From Bradymonadia bacterium (GTDB lineage: Bacteria > Myxococcota_A > Bradymonadia > UBA7976 > UBA1532): 64,000 nucleotides of DNA. Both the position numbers and the translations under genes were made by a program. Position 1 is the first letter of the stretch; every line of letters begins with the position of its first letter. The stretch is taken from positions 224,001-288,000 of the forward strand of contig JBKAGE010000038.1 of assembly GCA_046290225.1 (NCBI GenBank), read 5' to 3'. Shown one piece after another: positions 25,289 to 33,694 of the stretch. The notes beneath the pieces are model-generated. The model ran no database searches and was not told the DNA's origin. It worked only from the letters and a program-made list of their open reading frames with translations.

Positions 25289-26827
25289 ATGTCTTCGGCG
25301 CCTTCGTTCCACTCCGCCTATGGTCGCCTCTGTCCGCGTTGCCGACGCCCCGCAGCGGGCGGCCGCCGCTGCCCCTATGACGGCGCGTTCTACGTCGAGC
25401 GGCAGGCTCTGGAGGCCGTGGGCCGTGACAGCCACCTCGGGGCCCTCGTGGGGGATCGCTATGTGGTCGAAGCCCGGTTGGGCTTTGGTGGCATGGGCAG
25501 CGTCTACCGCGGCCGGGACGAAGAATCTGGCGAGGCGGTCGCCGTGAAGTTCCTGCGGGAAGAGTACGCGAGTCACCCTGCCATTCGGCAGCGCTTCATC
25601 CGCGAGGCTGAGGCTGGGGCCTCTCTGGTACACCCCAACGTGGTGAGCCTGCTCGACTTCGGCGTCGACTCGAGTCACACCCTCTACATCGTCATGGATC
25701 TCGTCGAGGGGCACACGCTCAGAGATGAAGTGAACAAGAGCGGGGCCTTCAGTGTGGCCCACGCCCGCGATCTGGCGGTTCAGATCCTGAGAGGGCTCCA
25801 GGCTGCCCACGACGTCGGACTGGTGCATCGCGATCTCAAGCACGACAACATCATGCTCGTCGGCGATCGCAGCCGCCTGCAGGTGCGCCTGCTCGACTTC
25901 GGCGTCGTGAAAATCAACGGCCGCCCCAATGACGAGACCCTCGGCCTGGTGACGCAGACCGGGGTGCTGGTGGGCTCGCCGAGCTACATGAGCCCCGAGC
26001 AGGTTCGAGGCCTCGAGGTCGGGCCCCCTGCCGACGTCTATGCGCTGGCGGTGGTGCTCTATGAAGCCATGACCGCCCGCAGGCTCTTCAAGGTGGACAG
26101 CTACGATTCGCTGCTCCGTGAGGGTGCTCAGCGCGAGGCCCCACCGTTGACCCACACCGCTGAGGGAGAGGCGGTACCGCCGGCCTTCAACCGCATCATC
26201 CAGCGGGCCCTGGCCCATGATCCTGCGGAGCGTTTCCCTGATGCCCGCACCATGCGCCTCGCCCTGGAGCAAATGGATCCGAGGCCCCCAGGCCTGCCCA
26301 CGGAGCTGCTTGCCGATGCACCGGCGACGCCGCTGCCCACGCCTGTGCCGGCGGGATCTTTCCTCGAACCCACGCCCCTGCCTGATGTGCACCACGCCAT
26401 CCACGACACGATGCCGTCCACTCGGGCGCTCACCCGGACGCTGCTCGAAAATGCGAAGGCTGCCCAGGAAGCGCAGACTGCCGTTCGGACTGGCGCGCAG
26501 AGCCAAGCCCCGGACGCCCAAAGTGATCCGGACGCCTCCATCATGAAGGCCTTGTCGACGGATGCATCGCCCATCGCCCTGGACGGTACGCCCACTCGAG
26601 TGAACGCTGAGCCATCGAGCCTCGAAGGCGATCCACCTGCGTCAGAAGATCAGTCACCCCAGAATGCGGTGATGTCGAGCCGGCCAGCCCTCACGCCTCA
26701 ACCAAGCCCCGCTGGCGAGGAGGCGCTCCATGTCCCGCGCTCTGGTGGGGCAGTCTGGATGGCCGCCGGGGGTGCTCTGGCTGCCTTCGGGCTGGTGAAG
26801 CTCGGGGCTTTGCTCTTCGGTGGCTGA
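25289..26827 (+). CDS. Ser/Thr protein kinase with an N-terminal Zn-ribbon-like motif and C-terminal TM
   Basis: CPRC...CPYDG, LGFGGMGSVY, HRDLKHDN, DFG, GSPSYMSPE. Confidence 0.94.
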   Translation: MSSAPSFHSAYGRLCPRCRRPAAGGRRCPYDGAFYVERQALEAVGRDSHLGALVGDRYVVEARLGFGGMGSVYRGRDEESGEAVAVKFLREEYASHPAIRQRFIREAEAGASLVHPNVVSLLDFGVDSSHTLYIVMDLVEGHTLRDEVNKSGAFSVAHARDLAVQILRGLQAAHDVGLVHRDLKHDNIMLVGDRSRLQVRLLDFGVVKINGRPNDETLGLVTQTGVLVGSPSYMSPEQVRGLEVGPPADVYALAVVLYEAMTARRLFKVDSYDSLLREGAQREAPPLTHTAEGEAVPPAFNRIIQRALAHDPAERFPDARTMRLALEQMDPRPPGLPTELLADAPATPLPTPVPAGSFLEPTPLPDVHHAIHDTMPSTRALTRTLLENAKAAQEAQTAVRTGAQSQAPDAQSDPDASIMKALSTDASPIALDGTPTRVNAEPSSLEGDPPASEDQSPQNAVMSSRPALTPQPSPAGEEALHVPRSGGAVWMAAGGALAAFGLVKLGALLFGG

Positions 26828-26886
26828 GGCGTCGTTTACTCCGCCGGACCGGCGCGTTAACTTCGGCCCCTTGACGAAGGGCCGAG

Positions 26887-27339
26887 ATGACTTCACCGAC
26901 ACCCATCGAGCTGTTCACTGACGGCGCCTGTAGTGGGAATCCCGGCCCTGGCGGCTGGGGCGCTTTGCTCTGCTGGAAGGGCCACGAGCGCACACTGAGC
27001 GGCGGCGCTGATCACACCACCAACAACCGCATGGAGTTGCAGGCAGCCATCGAAGGGCTCAACGCGATCCACCGGCCCATGTCGGTGGTGGTCTACACCG
27101 ACTCCACCTACGTGAAGCAGGGCATCACCGCATGGGTGGACGGCTGGCGACGCCGTGGCTGGCGCACCGCCTCGGGGTCACCGGTGAAGAACGATGATTT
27201 GTGGCGCGCCCTCGTCGATGCCTGCACCCGCCACACCGTGGAGTGGCGCTGGGTGAAGGGCCATGCAGGTCACCCGGGCAATGAGCGAGCCGACGCCCTG
27301 GCCCGCGCCGCGGTGCCCCGCTCTGCTGTGTCGCGCTGA
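26887..27339 (+). CDS. rnhA: ribonuclease HI
   Basis: [43 protein letters not shown]. Confidence 0.98.
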   Translation: MTSPTPIELFTDGACSGNPGPGGWGALLCWKGHERTLSGGADHTTNNRMELQAAIEGLNAIHRPMSVVVYTDSTYVKQGITAWVDGWRRRGWRTASGSPVKNDDLWRALVDACTRHTVEWRWVKGHAGHPGNERADALARAAVPRSAVSR

Positions 27340-27355
27340 GCGGGGCGCGCCAGCA

Positions 27356-29095
27356 TCAGGCGAGGCGCTCTTTCACCACACCCCAGGTCAGGTCGAAGCG
27401 CGCGAGATACTTGCGCAGCCGATCGGCGTCGTTCACTTGCTTCCGTTGAGTGCGGGAGTAAGCGAACAGCAAGCGTCCTGCCTCTGACAGCGTCTTGCAC
27501 TGACGACACACCGAGAGCACATCGAGCAACTGCACCCGGTCGAAGCGATCGAGTTGCTCCACCGCTTCTTTGCCGAGCACCTGCTCCAGCATGGCCTGTT
27601 GTGGCGCAGACTGAGCCTCTTCTGGGGTGCGCCAGGCCACGTTGAGGCGGCCGATCTCTTCTTCGACCTCCACCTCGGTGATGCGGCCCCCGTGGGCGAG
27701 GGTGGCCATGCGGGTGACCGCGGCGTTGAGATCGCGAAAGTTTGCCCGCCAGCGACCCTCAGGGCCTGCTCCGAATCGCAAGAACCTCGCTCGAGCCTCA
27801 GCGTTGAAGCGCACCTGCGCGCCGGTCCGCTCCGCGAAGCGATCGAGCTCGTAGTCGAGGTTGGGCGCCAGATCTTCGATGCGGGCCTTCAGCCCCGGCA
27901 GCTCGAAGGTCCAGAGGTTGATCCGGGCGAGCAGGTCTTCGCGGAACGTGCCCTTCATCACCGCCGCTCGCAGGTCGCGGTTGGTGCCGGCGATGAGCTG
28001 GAACCGGCTGAAGGCCGGGCGATCGGCCCCAACGGGGAGAAACTCGCCGCTCTCCAGAGCCCGCAGCAACATCGCCTGCTCATCGAGGCCCAGCTCGCCG
28101 ATCTCGTCGAGGAACAGCACCCCCTGATCAGCGGTCTTCAGCAGACCAGGCCTTGGGTTCTGAGCCCCGGTGAAGGCGCCTTTGATATGGCCGAACAGGG
28201 TGGACTGCGCCGTGTCGCCCCGGAGGGTGGCGCAGTTCACCTCGACATATTCTCCCGTAACCTGATTACGGCTCTTCTTGAGGGCGAAGATGCGTCGGGC
28301 CAACTGGGTCTTGCCAGCGCCCGTGGGCCCCGTGAGCAGCATCGGGGCCTCGCTCACGATGGCCACGCGCTCGATCTGCTCGATCATGTGGTTGAAGGCG
28401 GCGTTGCGGGTCTCGATGCCTGCCTTCAAGAACGACAGCGCCTCTTGTTGCTCGACGACGAAGCGCTGGGCGATGGCGTCGTACCGCGACAAGTCGAGAT
28501 CGATCACCCGCCAGCGGCCGATCCGCGCCCCGCGGCCGGGAGGCGACGTCTGCAGCAGCCGCCCGGGCAGGTGCCTGGACTCCGTGAGCAGGAACGTACA
28601 GATCTGCGCCACGTGGCTGCCGGTGGTGATGTGGATCAGGTAATCCTCAGCCTCAGGGTCGAAGTCGTAGCTGCGCGTAAAGCCGTAGAGTGCGTCGTAG
28701 ACCTCTTCGAAATCCCACGGATCGGAGAACGTCACCGGGTGCAGGTTCACCGTGGTCTCCGGCGACACACGCCCCAGGTCCTCAATGACCTCGTCGGCGA
28801 TGGACCGGAATTGGGGCGAGTGCAGCAGCTCGAACCGATCGACGATCAAATCAGCGTGCTGACAGATCGACACAGAGGGCCGCCATCGCTGCCATCGCTC
28901 GGGGTTGCCGCCGGCGTCGAGTTTGGGCCCCAGCAGACCGATGACCACCACGGGGCGCCCGGGGCGTGGGCGCCAGTGCCATCCCTGCGACGCCTTCCCT
29001 CTGGTGTGTGTCTGTTGCAGTGATTCTCGCTGTGACGCTTGAGGGCTCTCCCCTCGGGCGATCCCCCCGCGTGAGGGCGCCAATTCTCGCTCCAT
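27356..29095 (-). CDS. rtcR: sigma54-dependent RNA-repair transcriptional activator (CARF + AAA+)
   Basis: RWQRWRPSVSICQH, DPWDFEEVY, HITTGSHVAQIC, GPTGAGKT, GAFTGA, NDADRLRKYLARF. Start is either ATG 29095 (RBS AAGGTGGAG) or GTG 28951. Confidence 0.95.
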   Translation of the reverse strand: MERELAPSRGGIARGESPQASQRESLQQTHTRGKASQGWHWRPRPGRPVVVIGLLGPKLDAGGNPERWQRWRPSVSICQHADLIVDRFELLHSPQFRSIADEVIEDLGRVSPETTVNLHPVTFSDPWDFEEVYDALYGFTRSYDFDPEAEDYLIHITTGSHVAQICTFLLTESRHLPGRLLQTSPPGRGARIGRWRVIDLDLSRYDAIAQRFVVEQQEALSFLKAGIETRNAAFNHMIEQIERVAIVSEAPMLLTGPTGAGKTQLARRIFALKKSRNQVTGEYVEVNCATLRGDTAQSTLFGHIKGAFTGAQNPRPGLLKTADQGVLFLDEIGELGLDEQAMLLRALESGEFLPVGADRPAFSRFQLIAGTNRDLRAAVMKGTFREDLLARINLWTFELPGLKARIEDLAPNLDYELDRFAERTGAQVRFNAEARARFLRFGAGPEGRWRANFRDLNAAVTRMATLAHGGRITEVEVEEEIGRLNVAWRTPEEAQSAPQQAMLEQVLGKEAVEQLDRFDRVQLLDVLSVCRQCKTLSEAGRLLFAYSRTQRKQVNDADRLRKYLARFDLTWGVVKERLA

Positions 29096-29107
29096 CTGGG
29101 CTCCACC

Positions 29108-29124
29108 TTGGGGTATATCGTGCA
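29108..29124 (+). promoter_or_regulatory. candidate sigma54 (-24/-12) promoter for rtcA
   Basis: TTGGGGTATATCGTGCA gives GG-N10-GC, 28 bp upstream of the rtcA ATG and beside divergent rtcR. It lacks the consensus CAC after GG. Confidence 0.4.
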
Positions 29125-29151
29125 CAGCACGCAGTAGCACGGAGACCGGAC

Positions 29152-30222
29152 ATGGTCGAGCCTGAGATGATCGAGATCAACGGAGCCGAGGGTGAAGGCG
29201 GAGGCCAGATCATTCGCACGGCGCTGAGCCTTTCGCTGCTCACCGGGCGCCCCTTCACCATCGAGCAGGTGCGGGGCGGGCGCCGCAAACCCGGGCTGCT
29301 GCGACAACACCTCACCGCAGTCCGCGCCGCTGCCCGCATCGGCGCCGCCGAGGTGGAGGGTGATCACCTCGGGAGCGATCGGCTGGTGTTCCGACCCCAG
29401 GGGCTCGTTGCCGGGCACTACGATCTGGCCATCGGCAGCGCCGGCAGCGCCAACCTCGTGGTGCAGACCCTGCTCCCTGCCCTGCTCAACGCGGATCAGC
29501 CCTCTCACGTGTCGGTCTCCGGAGGCACTCACAACCCGGCCTCTCCGAGCTTCGACTACCTCGACCAGGTGTTCTTGCCTGTGGTGGAGCGGATGGGCGC
29601 TCAGGTGAAACGCACGATGCACGCCCCGGGCTTCTTCCCTGCTGGGGGCGGCCGGATCAGCTTCGACATCACCCCGGTGCCGCTGTCGCCCATCACCCTC
29701 GACACCCGACCCGAAGACATCACGTGGCACGCCCAGGTGCTCATCGCTCACCTGCCTGCCCACGTGGCCGAGCGCGAGGTGAGCCAGCTCGCCGAGGGCA
29801 TGAGCCTGCGGCCCGAGGCCGTGCAGGTGGTCAACCTCGACGCGCAGTCCGCCGGGCCGGGCAACGCGGTGATCCTCACCGCCAGGGCCGGCGACGTGGT
29901 GGAGCAGTTCACCGGCTTCGGGCGCAAGGGCGTCAAGGCCGAGGTGGTCGTCGACGAGGTGGTGGCCGAGGCCCGGGCGTGGCTCGGCAGCGGCGCACCC
30001 GTGGGGCCTCACCTCGCCGATCAGCTCATCTTGCCCATGGCCCTCGCAGGTGGAGGGCGGTTCGTCACCCAGGCCCCCCAGCAGCACACCCTCACCCAGG
30101 TGAAGACTGTGGGCCGGTTCCTCGACATCGCCATCGACCTGCAGCACAACGACGACGAGACGGCCGGGCGCACCTGGACCCTCACCGTCGGCGACGGTCG
30201 CGCTCTCGGAGATGCCTCTTGA
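29152..30222 (+). CDS. rtcA: RNA 3'-terminal phosphate cyclase
   Basis: GEGGGQIIRTALSLS, RRKPGLLRQHLTAV, GGTHNP, GFFPAGGG, HLADQLILPMALAG. Confidence 0.97.
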   Translation: MVEPEMIEINGAEGEGGGQIIRTALSLSLLTGRPFTIEQVRGGRRKPGLLRQHLTAVRAAARIGAAEVEGDHLGSDRLVFRPQGLVAGHYDLAIGSAGSANLVVQTLLPALLNADQPSHVSVSGGTHNPASPSFDYLDQVFLPVVERMGAQVKRTMHAPGFFPAGGGRISFDITPVPLSPITLDTRPEDITWHAQVLIAHLPAHVAEREVSQLAEGMSLRPEAVQVVNLDAQSAGPGNAVILTARAGDVVEQFTGFGRKGVKAEVVVDEVVAEARAWLGSGAPVGPHLADQLILPMALAGGGRFVTQAPQQHTLTQVKTVGRFLDIAIDLQHNDDETAGRTWTLTVGDGRALGDAS

Positions 30223-30785
30223 GCACATCGGGCCCAGCGGGGATCCGCGCCACGGCGACGTGGCGTCTGCCCCCGGACAGCAGCCGCGCAGTGCGGCGCA
30301 CCCTGGCCTTCGTGCTGCCTCAGATTCCGCTGTGTCTGCTGGGGTGGTGGCTCTTCGAGCGCACAGATCTGCGACTGATGTGGGTCTGCCTGATCTTCTT
30401 CGTCTGGTGGGGCATCTGGATCCGCATCTTCCTTACGGGGCGCAGCTTCCCCATGGTCTTCGATGGTCGCGCGCTGCTCGTGTACGATCCTCGGGGCAAG
30501 CGCACGTGGCCTCTCGCCGAAGATGCGTCTGTACCGATCCGTAGCGAGCTCGTGGGCACTCGACGACCTGTGGGCAGGGGCGGGCACCAGGTGCCCATGC
30601 AACAGCTGATGTTGCAGGCCATCGACGGCGAGCCGGTCCGACTCCTGCGCACAGTGCCTGAGGAAGATCTCGAAGGATTGACACTGGTCCCCTGGTCCGA
30701 CGACGCCGCCCTCGAAGTCTGGAACGGTGACGGGGCGCTCTTCGACGCTCTGTGCGCACAATCACATCTGAAATCATCCGTGTGA
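30219..30785 (+). CDS. hypothetical membrane protein (2 TM) coupled to rtcA
   Basis: TTG start overlapping the rtcA stop; two hydrophobic segments. Confidence 0.6.
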   Translation: MSTSGPAGIRATATWRLPPDSSRAVRRTLAFVLPQIPLCLLGWWLFERTDLRLMWVCLIFFVWWGIWIRIFLTGRSFPMVFDGRALLVYDPRGKRTWPLAEDASVPIRSELVGTRRPVGRGGHQVPMQQLMLQAIDGEPVRLLRTVPEEDLEGLTLVPWSDDAALEVWNGDGALFDALCAQSHLKSSV

Positions 30786-30920
30786 TTCCGGGCGGTCGCC
30801 ACATCGCCCTTGACGGGCCAACCTCTGACGGGCTACCGAACACACACACCAGTGCTCACATCAACGATGGCGTCTGATTAAGCGATCCGCCATCGCGCTC
30901 TTGTAAGGAAGGCGAAGACC

Positions 30921-31361
30921 ATGGGTTTGCTCTCCCGCTTGACCAAAGGGGTGACCCCTCAAAAGAAGGTCACCGACGACGTCCTGCTCCTCCACTCCAT
31001 GCTCCTGATGGCCGGCGCCGACGGGGTGTTCGACGACGAGGAGATCGACGCGGTGCGCGGGTACTTCGGCACCCTCCCCGAGTTCAAGGACAAGTCTTTC
31101 GAGGAGCTCTACCAGGCTTCTTTGAAGCTCTTGAAGCGCTACAACAACCTCGCTGAGTCCGTCGCCTCTCTCGGCGATCTGTCGACCCAGAACATGAAGG
31201 ACAAGTGCTTCCTCATCGCCGTCGACATCGCCATGTCGACAGGTGACGTGGACGAGACCGAGGACGCCATGCTCGAGTCGATGCAGCGCGTGCTTCAGGT
31301 GGACGACGGCACCGCCACCAAGATCATCGAGGTCATGAACATCAAGTACGCCAAGGCCTGA
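30921..31361 (+). CDS. TerB family (tellurite-resistance-like) protein
   Basis: MAGADGVFDDEE and IAMSTGDVDETEDAML match the paired ADG...E TerB motifs; strong RBS AAGGAAGG. Confidence 0.85.
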   Translation: MGLLSRLTKGVTPQKKVTDDVLLLHSMLLMAGADGVFDDEEIDAVRGYFGTLPEFKDKSFEELYQASLKLLKRYNNLAESVASLGDLSTQNMKDKCFLIAVDIAMSTGDVDETEDAMLESMQRVLQVDDGTATKIIEVMNIKYAKA

Positions 31362-31495
31362 TTCAGGTCTTCGCGACTCAGGCCAGCATGTGCACGACCG
31401 TGCATGTGCTGGTCCACCTCACGCCCCTTCCTCGGCGCGCTGCCTCTACAGTCTAGATTGCAGCGTTCAGGCCGCCCTTCATTCAGGAGACAGTC

Positions 31496-32749
31496 ATGTT
31501 GATTGACCCACGCACCATTCAGGTCCGGCGTGAGGCGGCCATGCGCCAGCAGCTCGCCGACAACTACGGCATCCGCAAGGGCCTCGAGTTCCTCAAGCAT
31601 CACCGGAACGGCCGGGGCTACGGCTACCGCCGCAGCCTGCTCACCCGAGCCCTGCGCCTCACCCGTGACATGGCACCGGAGATCGCCGACATCATCACGG
31701 AGTGCAAGCGCATCATCGGTTACGAGCGGCCCATCGAGGTCTTCGTCACTCCGGAGAACCACTTCAACGCCAGCTGTCAGCGTGAGCCAGGGCATGGCCC
31801 CACCATCCTCACGCTGTCGAGTCGGCTGCTCGAGGCCTTCACTGTGCCCGAGCTGCGCTTCGTCATCGGTCACGAGCTCGGCCACGCCAGCTTCGACCAC
31901 TACGAGCTGCCCATGCCCATCATCGCCACCCTCACCGATCGGGTGGGCGTCAAGTTCGTCGACCGCCACACCAGCATCGATCTCTACGCGTGGTGTCGTG
32001 CGGCAGAGCTCTCTGCCGATCGCGTGGGTCTCATCTGCGCAGGTGATCCCGAGGCGGCGGCCTCAGGCTTCTTCAAGCTCGCCAGCGGCATCGCCAGCGA
32101 CAAGCTCAAGCCCGATCTCGCCGCCTTCGCCCGTCAGGTGGAGAGCCTCGCCTCGGCCCCTGAGGCCCGGCAGAAGCCTCGCCCCGACGACGACACCCTC
32201 GACTGCTTCAGCACGCACCCCTACAACCCGGTTCGGGTCCGGGCGGTGTGGGCCTTCAGCCGCTCGAAGCCCTACCTCGATTATGTGGGCCGTTCGAGCC
32301 ACGATGCCCTGTCGATGGAGCAGGTCGAATCGATCATCGAGCGCGATCTCACCCTGATGGATCCGATCTACCTACAAGAGAAAGGCGACGACGCCGACGC
32401 CCTGCGCCGCTTGCTGTTCACTGCAGGCATCCTCGTGGCCGACGCCTATCAAGGGGTGACGCAGAGCGAGCTCGAGGCCCTGGGCCTACTTCTCGGTGAG
32501 GAGTACGCATCGGCCCCGGATGACATCGAGCTGGCCCGCAAGAACTTCCCCGGCCGCCTCGAGGCGGTGAAGGGGCTGCCCCTGGCGAACAAGGCCGCCC
32601 TGATCCAGCACCTGACCATCATCGCCGCAGCTGACGGCGTGGTACAGGAGGAAGAGCTCCGGGTCATGGAGGATGTCGCCCATCAGCTCGAGGTCGATAT
32701 TCGCATCATTCACGATACGCTTCGGGGATCGATGCACCCCCTCGATTAG
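31496..32749 (+). CDS. M48 (HtpX/Ste24-like) zinc metallopeptidase fused to a C-terminal TerB-like domain
   Basis: FNA, ELRFVIGHELGH, AELSADR, STHP; C-terminal IAAADGVVQEEE. Confidence 0.88.
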   Translation: MLIDPRTIQVRREAAMRQQLADNYGIRKGLEFLKHHRNGRGYGYRRSLLTRALRLTRDMAPEIADIITECKRIIGYERPIEVFVTPENHFNASCQREPGHGPTILTLSSRLLEAFTVPELRFVIGHELGHASFDHYELPMPIIATLTDRVGVKFVDRHTSIDLYAWCRAAELSADRVGLICAGDPEAAASGFFKLASGIASDKLKPDLAAFARQVESLASAPEARQKPRPDDDTLDCFSTHPYNPVRVRAVWAFSRSKPYLDYVGRSSHDALSMEQVESIIERDLTLMDPIYLQEKGDDADALRRLLFTAGILVADAYQGVTQSELEALGLLLGEEYASAPDDIELARKNFPGRLEAVKGLPLANKAALIQHLTIIAAADGVVQEEELRVMEDVAHQLEVDIRIIHDTLRGSMHPLD

Positions 32750-33160
32750 AGAGAGTTTCGGGCACGGGCACGGGCACGGGCACGGGCACGAGTTGATTCG
32801 GCTGTGGACAGTGCAGCCTGAGGCTGCATGTCTTGGAGCGAGTGTAGGCCTGCGTAGCCGGCCGGAGGGAGCGGAAAGACACCCGGAGGGCTGTCCACTG
32901 GTCAACCTGACCCGTAACCCTACATGACTCCGCTCGTGGGTGTGTGATGGTGGAGGCTCTACTCAGCCCCATGTGTCTCTCATTGGAGGCTTTGTCCTCC
33001 ATACACCCCAAGACTTGAAACCTCAGGTCGTTCTGAAGCGCACCATCTCAGCCTCAATGACAACCATCGCCCTGAACCCAGGATGGGTCACGGGTCCACA
33101 CCCGAATCAACTCGTGCCCGTGCCCGTGCCCGTGCCCGTGCCCGAAACTCTCTTTTCCAG
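32747..33160 (+). mobile_element. non-coding (GGGCAC)n inverted-repeat element, copy 1 (MITE-like or structured RNA)
   Basis: 60-bp inverted arms at 32750-32809 and 33094-33153 (one mismatch), each with five hexamers; core homologous to 62710-63018. Confidence 0.8.
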
Positions 33161-33290
33161 ACTGATCAGAAAGCGTTCACTTAAAGATCGGAACGCCCTT
33201 TGCTTATTCACCTCAGCAGGGTGTCAGAAAAGTGAACGTGCCCCACGGGACACCCTGACGAGACATCTGGCAATGAGAGGTGGTCTGATC

Positions 33291-33647
33291 ATGATTGAGT
33301 CTGCAGTGTTGACGATGTGCCCCGACCGTCATCGGTTTGTTCCTCCCCACGCAGAGGTGGAGGAATGGGTCGATCTCTCCCGTCGGGTCAGCCTGCGCCG
33401 CATCTTGCGCGCCCTGGTGATCCAGCACATCGACCACCCAGGTGAGACTCTCTCCTTTGATCAGCTCGTGAGCGTAGGCTGGCCCGGTGAGCGCATCATC
33501 CTCCGCGCCGCCCGCAACCGTCTGCACGTGGCTTTGAGCACCCTGCGTCGCTTTGGTGTGCAGATCGAGTTCCACGAGAGCGGCTGGCGACTGCCCCCTC
33601 ACATCAAGGTGACCTGGGCCGAGGAGGCCACCGAAGCTGCAGCCTGA
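33291..33647 (+). CDS. stand-alone winged-helix (OmpR/SARP-like) DNA-binding domain protein
   Basis: LRRILRALV...PGETLSFDQLVSVGWPGE...ARNRLHVALSTLRRFG; RBS GAGGTGG. Confidence 0.7.
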   Translation: MIESAVLTMCPDRHRFVPPHAEVEEWVDLSRRVSLRRILRALVIQHIDHPGETLSFDQLVSVGWPGERIILRAARNRLHVALSTLRRFGVQIEFHESGWRLPPHIKVTWAEEATEAAA

Positions 33648-33694
33648 GGCTCAGCATGTGTGCTCGCTCGACTCCGTGTTTGAGTGCACTTGAC

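Noticed and set aside
28951..28982. Possible frameshift at the rtcR 5' end (out-of-frame ATG at 28982)
   Set aside because: The rtcR frame is open with usable in-frame starts (ATG 29095 with RBS, GTG 28951), so no frameshift is needed.
28983..30920. tRNA or Y-RNA-like gene near the rtc genes
   Set aside because: No cloverleaf or T-loop (GTTCRA) context was recognisable by eye in the intergenic gaps; tRNAscan-SE or Infernal would be decisive.
32940..33290. N-terminal extension of ORF 32940-33647 containing PVPVPVP, and similar CPCPCP/GHGHGH ORFs at 32486-33011, 62685-62891 and 62905-63711
   Set aside because: These are translations of the (GGGCAC)n arms and lack the GC3 codon bias of real genes here.
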